Source of the DNA: Takakia lepidozioides
Taxonomy: Eukaryota > Plantae > Bryophyta
NCBI GenBank assembly: GCA_030704615.1
Contig: CM060733.1
Span: 60,698,001-60,762,000 of the forward strand
Direction of reading: 5' to 3'
DNA length: 64,000 bases
The notes beneath the pieces were generated by a model, which did not search any database, had not been told where the DNA came from, and worked only from the letters and a program-made list of their open reading frames with translations. How positions within the stretch are numbered: the first letter of the stretch is position 1; every line of letters begins with the position of its first letter. The position numbers and the translations under genes are program-made. Of the stretch, positions 37,401-49,653 are shown one piece after another.

Positions 37401-38623
37401 TTCTATTGCACGGAGTACATGGCAAGGGTGGATGAGGAATCCCCTCGGATGTGGAAGGAAGAGGAGGATGCATGAACCAATGACATCGTTTTGCCCAAAA
37501 AATCGAAGAGGGTAAAATTGCCGACCTTGGTGATTGAGCAAGCGCATGACTTCATACTGGAGAACACCCTATCCATACATGAGTGGGAGGCAAGATATAA
37601 TAATTTTGTTTAGCAACGAGAGGAGGAGATGCTTGCATGGAGGCGGAACCATCCAAGGCCAGTTACTAGACGCCCACGACGAGGAGCGTTCGGAATGTTC
37701 CTTCACAAAATTTGCCCATGGAATTGCAACCTCTAAGTTCATTCCAACAGTGGCTTCGGACTTCAGTTTATGACGCTGTTGCTCAAGGAGAGGTGGTTTC
37801 AGATTTGGTGCAAGACATTGCAAAGGACCCCTCTCAATTCGCAACCTCATACACGGCGGTTTGGGTTCACGGTCGTCATTTCCGCATTCGTGCTCTTAAC
37901 ATGAAGCGCAAAACAACCTTTGATTCTGGCTTGTGTGCCACATATTGGCAAGACTCCGTGTGGGGCAAGAGAGATACACGACCTGCTATGAGCAAACTTG
38001 AGTACATTGGAGAGTTTGAGAGCATACTCCAACTTCAGTATACAAGGTACCGGCCTCTTCTCTTCAAGGGAAGGTGGTTCCAGCCACATCTTGTGGAGCC
38101 TTCCGCAACACTAGTGCAAGATGATTGTGGTTTCATGCGTGTCAATGCAGATAGGCTCAACCCTACTCATCGTCCCTCCGATGAGCCTTTTTCACGGCCT
38201 TCAGACATGGAGCAAATTTTCTTCTCCGATGACAAAACAAGAGGGGGGAATTGAAAGGTGGTTGTGCATGCTCAGCCAAGAGGAAGACGTATCTATCATG
38301 GTCTCGGATCTCCATGGGGTGAGGCAATTGCGGTGGACGGAGAGACTGGTCATAATGATGCTGATGATGGAGGTTGGGTAGAGGGGATAGAAGAGGATGA
38401 TGACGCCCCGGACAATGCATTCTGGACCCTATATGATGAAGCTCAAGAAGATACGGATGTTGGAGAAGGAGACGAAGACACGGCCATTGACAACGAGGTG
38501 GAGGATGATTCGGAGGTGTCTTTTGAGAGCCGGGCCATTTATGACGATGACTCCGATGACGAAGAAGACTTGCAGCTTGATGAGGATGAAGAGGCTCCGG
38601 ATGATGATGTTCAAGTTGAATAG
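34422..38623 (+). pseudogene. tnpD: CACTA transposase TnpD (tnp2 / Transposase_21 with DUF4218 and DUF4216), spliced, with premature stops
   Basis: HACPCD..LY...CPKCKKDRY; HYFPIIPRL...DGVNPF...STWPV..NYNIPP; MHIEKN...GLKSHDYH...PPSFFDIQVHLVVHL...GPVHSRWMYFLERYMKTLKGFVRQMAHPEGSM; YIGEFESILQLQY...LFKGRW. In-frame TGA at 37473-37475 and 38252-38254. Confidence 0.93.
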
Positions 38624-38934
38624 ACACAAAATCAAAGCTACATAACAATTCTCGCACCGAACTGGACCCATCCCTTCGATTGATTGTACATGTACATGCA
38701 TATTGTACTTTATTTCTATGATTAATCAAATATGGCTGTGGCTGGTAGTCTATCAAGAAAGAAGGCAGATGCAATGAATATATTGGAGCAACACATACAG
38801 ATGTGGTATCAAGAGAATTATCAAAATGAATGTCACAATGTACAAGAAGGTCCACAACAACAAGCTAAACCATAAAGAAAAACAAACACCCTACACCAGT
38901 ACCATATGAAAAAAAAAAAAACTAAGAACCCCCA

Positions 38935-39504
38935 AAGGCCCTAACCCTAAACCTAGAAAGCCCTGCCGTCGCCGCCTGCGACCCCCACGCGTCGCAAACT
39001 GCGACGCGTTTTCTTGGATTTATGAGGCTGGGGGTCGCAAACGGCGATGGCCAACTGTCGCCAATTGCGACCGGTTTTTTGAATGGATTTATGAGGCTGG
39101 GGGTCACAAACGGCGACGGCCAGCCGTCGCAAACTGTGACATGTTTTTTTGTTTTGTAAGAATAGGGCAGCCGGGCAGTTTGCGACGCCTGTCCGTCGCA
39201 GGGGCCTTTTGCCCTTCATGCCACCATGCGACGGCCGGGCGTCGCAAGAAAGGGCTGCAATGAAAGAGAAGGCAAGAAATGGTTTTTTTTTTCCCGGCGT
39301 GCGACGACCGGCCGTCGCCAGAAAGGGCTGCCTTCTGCCCTTCGCTGGGGGCGACGCGTGGGCGTCGCATGGGAGGGCTGCCATTTTCGCTTCATCACTC
39401 TGTGCGACAGCCAGGCGTCGCCGCCTGGCCCCGACGCCAGGTTTCACTCCCGCGTGGTTTGGCTACGGGGTTGGCGTTGCAAACCCCCCCCATTTGCTGT
39501 AGTG
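38935..39504. repeat. Internal CACTA right end: subterminal repeats plus TIR
   Basis: ccctaaccctaaacc, then clustered gtcgca/tgcgac repeats, ending AAACCCCCCCATTTGCTGTAGTG at 39504. Confidence 0.85.
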
Positions 39505-39579
39505 TGACCATAGTGAACTAATGTGATAAGTTGAGTTGGGTGTTTCCTAGAACAAATCTAGGCTGTCATTGTCAGGTGC

Positions 39580-40570
39580 TAGCAGCAAGGCAAGGATGCT
39601 AAGCATGTGAAGATGCTTTGTGAGGCAGGTAGACTGACAGAGGCTCTACAGACTTTAAACCAACGAGGCATTTCAGTAGATTCAGATACGTATGTCTGTC
39701 TCTTGCTTAAGTGCATCAAGACGAAAGGTCTGGAAGCTGATAATAGGTGCACACTCACATTATCCAAAGTGCATTCGTGCCAAATGTTTTTCTACTCAAC
39801 ACCCTTGCCAACATGTATGTTAAGTGTGGGAGTGTCATGGATGCTCACCAAGTTTTCCACAGAGTGCCTCAACGATCTTTGATCACGTGGAATATAATGT
39901 TGGCAGGATTTACCAAGGATAGGTGTGGCAGGAATGCTTTGGAAACCTATGAGCAACTGTTGCGCGAAGGGTGAAGCCCAAGCACATCACGTTTGTTTGT
40001 GTTTGCAATGCGTGTGCAAGCCTGGGAACTCTGGAAAAGGGGAAAGAGGTCCATGGTGACATCGTCAAAGCTGGATTTGTACCAAATGGCATTCTGAACA
40101 CTGCCATGGTGGACATGTATGCCAAATGTGGGTGTTGCAAGCCTGATGCGAAGGGAGAGTTCGACAATATGGCTGAACGAGATGTGGTGTTTTGGAGTGC
40201 CATGATTGCAAGGTATGTGCAGCATGGGTACGAGATTAAGGCTTTGGAAACATAAGAGCAAATGATGTGGGAAGGGATGAAGCCAGACCAGGTCATATTC
40301 ATTTGTGTTTGTAATATGCGTATGCGAGCCTAGTAGCCCTGGGAAGGGGCAAAGAGGTTCATGGTGACATTATCAAAGCTGGAATTGTACCAGATGTCAT
40401 TCTGAACATTCCCTTGGTGTACATCTATGGCAAATATGAGCTTGGCAGCCCTAAAAAGGGCACAAAGGTCCATGGTGACATCGTCAAAGCTGGAATTGTA
40501 TCACTAGATGTCACTCTAAACACTGCCTTGGTGGATATGTATGTGAAGGCAACCCTGGATCAAGTGGATG
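39580..40570 (+). pseudogene. Captured PLS-class pentatricopeptide-repeat gene fragment
   Basis: NTLANMYVKCGSVMDAHQVF...TWNIML; ITFVCVCNACASLGTLEKGKEVHGDI...TAMVDMYAKCG; WSAMI. Frameshifts and stops. Lies between the two CACTA right ends. Confidence 0.85.
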
Positions 40571-42137
40571 TCACTTTGGGTGACATGGTAGCTGGCACCA
40601 TCATTCTCAAGAACTACAAGTTCCTGAATTCATTCTCGAAATGTTTTCTTTTGTTCTCTTGACATGTCCACGACAGTGCTTTACCTAGCTGCACATCAGA
40701 TTTTCCTTCCCCAATGACTTCACTTGGGCAGTGATCTATGGATATGGCAACATGGCCCTCATGTTGGTCATCTGTAGAATGTGGCCAAAACTTGTTTTAA
40801 AAACACTCTTGATATAAACCAGTTTTGAGCCATCCAAATGCTTTTGGTTCTTGCCATGTATTTGTATTCTATGTTTTGCTATTTTTTTATAAAAAAAAAA
40901 TAATATAAAGGGAAACACCTGGGAGCGACAGCTCACAAATCAGGCCCCTTGATTTGTTTTGCTGTATTTGTAATATATTTTCAATGCAGTGCAGCGAATC
41001 AATAAATTTAAATACAAAACCCAATAATTCATATTTATATAGATATAAAATGAAAAGTAAAGGAAAATAAATAAATAAAAACAAAATAACAGTAATAAAC
41101 AAAAACAATAAAACCAAACATTAAACAAAAAAGCCTCTCCAATTCATATATATATTATATATATATACTAGGTACACGCCATGCATCCACGTCATATTGC
41201 AGTAGAACTATTTTAGTACACGTCATGCATCCATATCATAATGCAGTTAAACCACTTAGCCACATCATAGCCACGTCATAGCCACGTCATACTGTGGTAC
41301 AATCACTTTACTACACGTCACCCCCTAGGTTTTACTATCACATTTCACTGTCACAACCTGGCATCTGGATTCGACTGCTTGACTGAAACGACTTGACCTT
41401 TGTCACGCACTTTTGACTATGGAGGCTGGGAGTAAAAATGTCGCAAACGACTCAAAAATGAGTCAAATACAGAGTAAAAAAACCCAGCTTGTATTGTAGT
41501 GCATTCAGTACAGGGTGGGAGGGCGGGGTTTATTCATGTTCAGATTTCTGACATGTACCCAAGTGACCCTCTTGCACAATACAAGTTAAATTGCAGCCTC
41601 ATATTGTATCATCCATAATTATCCCAAGACGCCCAGCCGTCGCAGAGGCCTTTTCCCCCTTCAAGCCACCTTGCCACGCCCGAGCGTGGCAAGTGGGGCC
41701 GCCCCCCTTTGCGATGGTCAGGCGTGGCAAGAAAGGGCTACCTCTTGCCCTTGAGGCCACCTTGCCACGTCCCGGCGTCGCAAGATGATCCCGATGCTGG
41801 GGGGCGACACCTGGGCGCTGGGTTGCCACGCGGCGGCGTCACAAGCAGCGCCGGGGCGCCGCCGTGCCACGCCCTGACGTCGCAAATCAGCGCTGTGGTG
41901 CCGGCGTCGCACGCTCAGCGCCGCGCGGGGTGTGACCCCAATTGGAGTAAACATTATTAAGATCTACTGATGGGTAAAATTGAATCCTAAAGTGGAATGA
42001 TAAACTACAGGCTGGTCCATCAAGATGCTTGTGTATACATATCTTGGATCTGTAATGTGCCAAGCTGTTCTTACGTGCCCATGATATCTTGCATGAGCGG
42101 CTGCCGTCACTAACCCCCCCTTTTTGCAGTAGTGGGT

Positions 42138-44930
42138 GCACGTGGTCCATGAGAGTCTCATATAGGTGATCGATGCCTAGGGCAAGCAACTGCTCGAATG
42201 GAGGAAGATGCGCTCGTGCTAGTGCTGGAAGAATATCTCGTGCAGATATAGGGCCCACCCTCAAAAGGGGGCAGTAGCCGTAAGGCGAAGTGGCTTTTAG
42301 TTACGCCGGCTTTGGCCGGAGTCTTCTCTCTCTCTCTCTCGTGCAGAGCGAAGATGTTGTTGGAAAGGGAAGATGCCAGTGTTGACGTGAGCAATGGGGT
42401 CCATGAGCAGGGGTCGTTGACTGCACAAAAAGCGGGATGCAAGGACATGGGCAATCAAAGCCCAGCTGCCCAAGAACGCAGAGGGGGAAGTGCTGAATAT
42501 GGAGAGCAAGACTACACCTCCAAAAGAGATGGGAAGGACAACCTGTTGGCACGCTAGAGCCCCCTCGGATCCATCCAAAGCTCCCGGTCCCATAAGACGA
42601 CCAAAATATTCATGATGGTAGCATCAAACCCAGACAATAATAGCAAAAACTCAGGGGTAGGGGGGTAAGTCCTGAGGAGATAGGATGGCCGCTGGATAAA
42701 GCATTTTGTGAGGATGCCATACGCTACCTGTAGGTCCCCGAGGTGAGGAATGAGGTCGGAATGAATGACATCTTGATCAAGGGCATTCTCCAAGAAAGAG
42801 GAAGTGAAAGAGGTGGTACCAAGGGGGACGCCCAAGACGCAAATGCCGTCAGACGGTGTGATGAAGTGTGTAGGAGGCACAAAGTCTGGGGGCAAACTGG
42901 CTGTAGACCACGCAACATACTTGCGAGGTTGAACTGATAGCCCCATACCCTGAAGCTGAGCGGCAAAGTGGTTGTACGCTGGAAGCACCTCAGAGGCTGG
43001 GCCAATGATGTGAGTGTCGTCAGCAACTGAGGGGAACTGGCACGTTGGGAATGCTGCTGCAGATGACATAAGGGTGCACAGATGTGCCATGGCAAACAAA
43101 GGTCCCCCTAAAGGATTGTCATGTCGGGTGCCAACTTCAGACCGGATGACAGTGTAGTCGCCTGTACAAGAATGGTGACTGTAGAAAAGGGGGGCTGTAG
43201 AACCATAGCACAATCTGACAAAAGGGATGAGCTGGTGAAAATCTCCTCCAGCTGAACAAAGTTCTTGGAAGATGGCGTTGCGGGAGACAGAGTTGAAAGC
43301 GTTTGCTACATCAACTTGAAACACAACCGATTCCGTATGAAGGTTGAGAATAGGCCGAATTTGAGATTGACAGGGCATGCCTAAATACGCTACGACGATA
43401 AGGTATGAGAATCTCAAACTTTATTTTTAGCCTCACAACCGCCTGGAGTGGCAACGCCAAACTGATGTGGGAAGAGGTGGGCAGATAATGCATCACGGTA
43501 CTGCATGACAAGGGAACGACTGACAAGACGATACAAATTTACTTCCCCGATGGCAATGGGACGGATGCCATTTCTAGAGTGCTTGGTCATGGCTAGTAGC
43601 CGGGAGGCTCCGAGAATATGTGCCACTGGAGAAGGGATGTGGCCAACGGTGATGAAGGAACAGACTTGAAATAGTTGAGAGAAGCCACTAGCAGAGCGAC
43701 AATAGTGTCCATAGAAGGTGGGGCAGGGGCAAATGGTGACATAGCGCGGGCTGCACATGAATACTCACCTACCTGTCCCAACATGAGGTTGTGCCGAAGA
43801 CGTCTGTGAGCAAAAGGGTCTGGTTGTGAAGAAGTGTCAGTAGGAGCACGTCCTGCTAGGGCTTGTGCTTGGAGATAATGCTCTTCTTGAAGATTCTCCC
43901 AGTCTCCCGCGAGAAAGCGTTGGAGCCGGATTCGAGTATCTCTATGACCAGCCTCACCACCACGTGGTGGCAAGACCAAACACCACTGGGCAAACAACAA
44001 AAGAAGCTACCACGCCGACACGTTAGCAGGATCCCGGGCTAGTTTGTCTAAAGGCATGTGAAAGCAATGCTGGACCTCTTGACGAAGGGCCACCGGGATG
44101 CGTGTGTAGAGGCGGGGGCGGGGTAGGGCGGGGTAAATGAAAAGCTCCAAGGACATCCAACGAGGAGAGCCACGCCCATGCAGTGGGTGGAGGGGGAACT
44201 TGAAAAACACCGAGGGGAGTGGGCACAGAAGAACCATCATGGTTAGCTTGCCGAAAGGATGTGCAAGTGCATTGGCACGCAAGCCAAACCTCTGATTCGG
44301 GTGAAAAGACGACCGCAAGCCGAGCAAAGAATACGTTCTGTAGTGGGAACAACTGGTGATTGTGGAAATGGTGGAACCATTAGAAGGGGTGGAGCTGCTG
44401 GAGGAGACGGCAAAATGGAAGGTCCAGGGGCAGAAGGAGAGTAAGAATGTACCCGTTGTCTTGAGTGAGATGGAGAACCCGGTGGTGAGGTGACCTCTGA
44501 GAGACTTCGAGTGCAGCCATAAAGTCGGAGTGGAGGAAGAGCGGTGATGGGATTGTGCACGCCGGTTGGATCTTCAAGCAAGTGGTCCTGTTGTTGAGGA
44601 AGACAAACGCGGTCGGGTTGGTGTTGTGGCAAACTGCTAGCCGCCGTCACTACCACTGGGGCGTCTTGCTGGTGAGGTTGGGGTGAGGGGGATACCACTA
44701 GCTGGGGTAGGGGTACAGACGCTAGTGCTACCGCAGAAGGAGAATAAGACCAGGGTACAGGCACAGTGGATGTGGTACGAATGCGGGAGCGTCTTCCTGT
44801 CTAGGCTGGTTGTCGACTCTCCGCTGGGTGTTGCGGTACTTCATGAGGGAGCCCATCAAGGAGCCAATTTCCTTCATCCTGTAGGGATTTGGAGTTCATG
44901 GTCTGATTCGGAATTCTGAATAATAACACA
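42138..44930 (-). mobile_element. 5' half of the CRE-type non-LTR retrotransposon (C2H2 zinc finger, RT); degenerate, 5' boundary approximate
   Basis: CSACGRLFTRIRGL zinc finger (~44260-44330); GIRPIAIGE...HQFGVATPGGCE; QVDVANAFNSVSR...GTRHDNPLGGPLF...VADDTHI...VLGVPLG; LPISFGG. Confidence 0.88.
42247..42336 (+). mobile_element. ~90-bp structured SINE-like insertion with (TC)n tail and 11-bp TSD, inserted in the CRE ORF
   Basis: TSD tctcgtgcaga at 42236-42246 and 42337-42347. Removing the insert restores QQHLRSARDILPALAR. Confidence 0.82.
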
Positions 44931-45459
44931 TGGTGCCCCTTCCTATACTATGACATGAACAAAGGTGGAAACTACTCTTGCACGGGTCAAAATGAGAACA
45001 ACAATGAACTAGACAAATTCATGGTAGACTAGACATTCTATTATACCAGCTTTTGTGCATCATTGAAAATGGTGCTATGGAAGCAAACAGCTAAGGAATT
45101 TTCGATTCCTACAAAGGAGAGACAAAGAGCTCACTTGCAAGCACTTCCATTGGTAAACAAGGTTTCCTGTAGAGATACTACGGGACCTATTGCAACTTGG
45201 GTTGTGAAGTGGGTTTGAAGTTTGAACTTAGAACTTAGGTCGCCCATTATTACAGTGGTCTAAAGTCTAAAGGCTGGGATGTGTGCTACTCTTTCACAGA
45301 TTCGACCGCCCAAGCTTCACAAGAAGAAGGGGGAGGACTTGCAGCTCGGTTGAAACGCTGGCACAAGCCTGAAATTGAGAGATACTGGGTTGGGAGATGG
45401 CAGGGGACTGTCGGCGTCTTCGTCATCCTATCTAGTTTCTGCTTTTGGGAGTATCTTCG

Positions 45460-46725
45460 ATGGCATCCCCGTTGTCGAGTTCTTCTTGTCTCACTCAATT
45501 TCGTTCTCTCAACCCTTCTTCATCCCGCCCTTCGTCTCTGTCGCCTTGTCACTCTCGGGCTGCCTCTCGTTTGAATAAGCTAGGTAGGGAAGTAGGGGCC
45601 GCGGATTACCCATGTGCCCGTTTTGAGAAGTGCAGAGGAAATGAGGGTGGTGAGAGTCGACTAAGGTGCAAGGATTTGAGGTGGGCGGGGCAATCTCAGC
45701 GTAGAGACAAGCTTGCAAAACCTTTTCTGCTGCAAACCCCTCGGAAAAGCAGGGGGCCAGTCAATGCATTGCGCAGGGGAGAAAACCTTCCCAACGAGGG
45801 GTGGCAGACAGCCACCCTTCCATTTTTTGGAGTAGTAAAGGTCCCTGACCTTTCTCAGGTCACCCCTCTGAAGGCAGCAAAATGGGCCACCATCATCGCG
45901 GTCGCATGGACGGTCCTCTCCAAAGTGGCAGCGCTGACTGTTTTTAATCCAAGTCTGTGGGTGTATGCAAGCTGGTTGCTGGTAATATGGCCGTGGCCCG
46001 CAGCGATAACACTTGGAGTATGGACTCTTGTCACGGCAGCAAGATATTCCAAAAGTGAAGCTAAGGAATGGCAGCAGGTCCTGATTTTATTTGGGGCGCT
46101 TGTATGGTTGATTCTGGTCCCGCTGGCGCATTTCCAAAGGTTTGTAGACGGATGGCCTCTTCTCCTTTTCTCATTGTATGCCTTCTTTTTTCTTATCAGC
46201 TCCATAGTCCGATATCGGTTGTATGGGACCCTGAGTTCTAAGACAGACGACAAGCAGTGGGCGACGGCCTTTTCCCGAGTGGCCCAGATTTCCTTCATTG
46301 TCGCAGTTGTGGGGGGTCACTGGCTGGCTGCATTTGAGGCCCCTTTCTTGGCCTACAGTTGGAACTGGGAATGGCAGAGCAAGCTTGCAGCAGTGATCCT
46401 GACTTTGGCAGTGGTGTTACACTACAATGCGACATACTTCTTGGGGAAATATTTTGATCGATTGGTGAGGCCCCGAGCTGTGGTTATGTTCGGCCCTTAT
46501 CGGATGGTGCGGCACCCCATATATGCAAGCTACATGCTGCTGTTTGCTGGGTATTGCTTGGCATTGAGATCATATTGGAGTCTCTTGCTTCTAACAGCTG
46601 CATGTGTTGCCTATTATGAACAGCGGACAAAGCTGGAAGAAGAGTTATTGATAGATACCTTTGGGGATCTTTACACTTCTTACAGGGAGCGTGTGAGGCA
46701 CAAGTATTTGCCCTTTGTCTACTGA
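45460..46725 (+). CDS. ICMT/phospholipid-methyltransferase family membrane protein with probable plastid transit peptide; intronless
   Basis: Ser-rich N-terminus from ATG 45460, several TM helices, and the C-terminal signature FGPYRMVRHPIYASY...EEELLIDTFGDLYTSYRERV..KYLPFVY. Confidence 0.88.
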   Translation: MASPLSSSSCLTQFRSLNPSSSRPSSLSPCHSRAASRLNKLGREVGAADYPCARFEKCRGNEGGESRLRCKDLRWAGQSQRRDKLAKPFLLQTPRKSRGPVNALRRGENLPNEGWQTATLPFFGVVKVPDLSQVTPLKAAKWATIIAVAWTVLSKVAALTVFNPSLWVYASWLLVIWPWPAAITLGVWTLVTAARYSKSEAKEWQQVLILFGALVWLILVPLAHFQRFVDGWPLLLFSLYAFFFLISSIVRYRLYGTLSSKTDDKQWATAFSRVAQISFIVAVVGGHWLAAFEAPFLAYSWNWEWQSKLAAVILTLAVVLHYNATYFLGKYFDRLVRPRAVVMFGPYRMVRHPIYASYMLLFAGYCLALRSYWSLLLLTAACVAYYEQRTKLEEELLIDTFGDLYTSYRERVRHKYLPFVY

Positions 46726-47334
46726 GGCAAGTAGCCGGTTACTGCAGGATTTAGGGTCATGTTTAAGGGCTTAAGGATTTTTCTGTGCACAGCGCCTTGG
46801 CGATTGCCAGCAATAGGCACATGTGATTTTGGCATGAGGCTCATGGAGAGGAGCAGAGTCTTTGGTTCTACTAAAGCCACTACAGAGTTTTGGCCTGGTG
46901 AGTCAAATATGTTGTGCGCAATACCAAGCAAACATGCAAAGGTACTTCGTATGTCAGATTGAGGGGCAATTCTGAATCCTTCCTTTGAGACTTCACACCT
47001 GATCAAAGTTGCCAAGCTTGGGGTGACCTGCCTGACTGGATTTTTGTTGCCTATCGGCGACAGAACACTGCTCAAGTTCAAAATTCCTTACTCTTTGGAA
47101 ATCGCTTTAACAGCTTCAAATCCATCACAGTGATCTCCATATCCTTCCCTTTTTGCTTTTGTCTTTTTGACTTGCATCTACAGGCCATCCTCATATACAG
47201 CCACAATGCACTCTTTTTGTAGCAGACCACCTCTCACAAGATGTGACTCCGATCGCTGAAGCTATTACTCAATCACTTGGGTAAGATGCACATGTTATGA
47301 TGAATTCCATGCAATGGTGAAGTAATCTGTTTAA

Positions 47335-48161
47335 CTACACTCTAGTGTGAGGGAAATTGGATCCTGCTCCAGAAGATTGACAATAAGTGAACAAGAAGGG
47401 GTCTTCACAGTCATACCCAATGTTCAACGAATGCACAACAGCCATGAACCGCCTAAGGACCGGTGGTGCCAACTGCGGTGTGCGAGAGATGATGAAGATT
47501 GACTGCTGGATGGTAGCAGATAAAAACTGTGGTTGGCATGAGTAAATCAGGGCAGCCTCGTAGCCGGCTCTTGGGAGCCCTTCCAGGGCTATGATCCAAT
47601 ATGGTGCAGTCAGCCCATTCATTGTCAACTGCATGAAGGTTTTTCTCCTTTTAAAGGATGGCTTAACACACTATGGGGAACTCTCTTTCTTTGATGCAAC
47701 TACATCAGATGACAGCAGAAAAGCTACCTTACTTCTATGATGCTTGCAGGTATGCAGTGGTTGTGTGGATTTATCTGCCTATGGTAGTTATTATACAGAC
47801 AACCCTATCTTCAAATTGAGGATGCAGAATGCTTAAACCAACTTCTGATGGCCTGCCAGTCCGGTGATACTTAATGTGATGTCAGTGTTGTGGACACCAC
47901 TGGTCCACTTACTGTATTGAATGATTAGCACATGAGAGGCCTAGCAGAGACTTGAGAGCGATCTAATGCTCTCATTCCTTACGGCAGCCCAAACAATGTG
48001 ACCAAAGTAGCAGACTCCATGTGTAGAGGGACTACATGCTCTGATTGCACTGTAGAAAGAGAGGTTCTAGGGGATGGGTATAATTGCCTCTGCTGCCTTG
48101 GTTGGGGGCCTGTGTAACCATTGTGATGGTTGGCAACTGGAGGTCTATGCCATTCCTTGCC

Positions 48162-48198
<37 letters not shown>

Positions 48199-49653
48199 TA
48201 GAGAGACCCGTGTGGTTTGTGCTCACATTAGCTTGTGGCCCATATCCAACAGCTGAAAGGAGAGAAAAAGATGGAGAGAAGAGTCTGTAAGCCAGTAAAT
48301 GTTTATCTTTGAGAGAAGGAGGTGGGCAAACATGTAGTGTAAATATGGTCTCAGACGCACTGGTGGAATGACAAGAACACACCTGCAATTTTCCTTTGAA
48401 GGTGGTGTTCTGGATGGCTATGCCAGGGATAGATGTGATTGTCGTTCCGTTGGGTGAATCAGCCAGTGTCAGCCCTGATGTCATGTCTACACTGGAAAGC
48501 ACAAACCCAATCTGAGAAGCCTTCGCTACAATAGCCTGCTCTGCAGTTGCAATGAAGAAGGATGCCTCGGTAATATCGACAGCAGTTACGAAATCCCCGG
48601 ACACCAACAGCTTAAAGGCCACCTGTGCCCATGAAAGATATGTCAACAAGAACTTCAACCGAATTCCAGGCTGAAATCTGCAAAATTGTTCAAGAACTGC
48701 ACTAGTGACACATCTTACCCGACTATGCTAGATAATAAATTTAAGTTCCCCGGAAGGCCATCGCTACCTTCTCGTGTAAAACACACCCCATGAATCTCCG
48801 ATAATATATGGTATCAATGATCGCAATCAATTAGGGATTTGTTGAGGATTCAGTCAGGTTGATCTCTCTCTCCACCCACCTCCACAAGCTGTAAGCGGGC
48901 AGCGGAAATCTCTTTCACCACCTCAACGATCGCAGCCTGACGTTGGGTTGCATTAACCACCGCAAGTCTGAATTTCTCCACATTATCGCCTGTGCTTCCA
49001 TTGCCCTGGCTGAAATCGCCATTGATCCTTTGTAGCTTTGTCACTTCATCTGCCAGCGTCTGTAGCTCCGCAGTGATGTTGTCTGTTAATTTGCTGATTT
49101 GCCCACTCACATCAGTTAAAGTGCCTGCCTTGAGGGGATCGCCCAGTGCAATTCTGAAGGCGATTGAGTTCAATTCTCCCAGGGACTGGATCAGGTCACC
49201 GGCGGGACCAAGCAAAGAACAAATATCACGCGCGCTCTCACACACAGTTCTGGAGCCTTTGTTGATTTGCGTGACTCCATACGTGGGCAATGGACCGATG
49301 GCCTGAATTCCAGTATTGAGCACTGTGACGTTGGCTCCTTCGCCCCAACTTGGCAGCTGTGCAGTGTAGTTCGCTTCTTGGCATACCAGCCCAGCCTCAA
49401 AATGGAGTTTGAATTGCGCAGAGCTCCCAATTTCGTACCAGTGCCCTGCATAGGCTGCGATGTCCACAATATCAAACGTAGGCAACTCTGGACATGTTGT
49501 CACATTGGCCACTGCTCTCTCGCAAAAGGGACTTAGATTGAGGCCTTGCACTCCTATGTGTCCTAGAAGCACCAGGAGGGAGAGGACGAGGAGGAGCAGG
49601 TCAAACGGCACAGATCCTGCCTCTGTCATACTCCGTTTTGCTGTCGGCCCCAT
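47335..49653 (-). CDS. Secreted lipocalin-like protein with a long internal insertion, multi-exon
   Basis: Signal-like hydrophobic N-terminus; DIAAYAGHWYEIGS...CQEANY (SCR1); last exon APYWIIAL...YEAALIYSC...IFIISRTPQL (SCR2/3). A helical segment and exon 48382-48621 lie between. Confidence 0.7.

Larger units (their letters stand above)
6910..42134. mobile_element. Giant composite CACTA/En-Spm DNA transposon (35.2 kb) with nested elements and cargo genes
   Basis: Left end CACTACAGGAAAAGGGGGGGTTAATGAC (6910). Right end GTCACTAACCCCCCCTTTTTGCAGTAGTG (ends 42134). 3-bp TSD GGT at 6907-6909 and 42135-42137. Related GC-rich subterminal repeats (gccacgyccgrgcgtggca) at ~6950-7050 and ~41620-41940. 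The empty site restores the frame ETLMDHVH|RHSFSDML. Confidence 0.92.

Noticed and set aside
38935-38956. Telomere or chromosome-end signal (ccctaaccctaaacc)
   Set aside because: Only about two degenerate units, embedded at the start of a CACTA subterminal region.
6910-39504. Pairing the left CACTA end with the 39504 end as the insertion boundary
   Set aside because: The bases after 39504 are TGA, not GGT. Only 42134 gives the TSD and restores the interrupted ORF.
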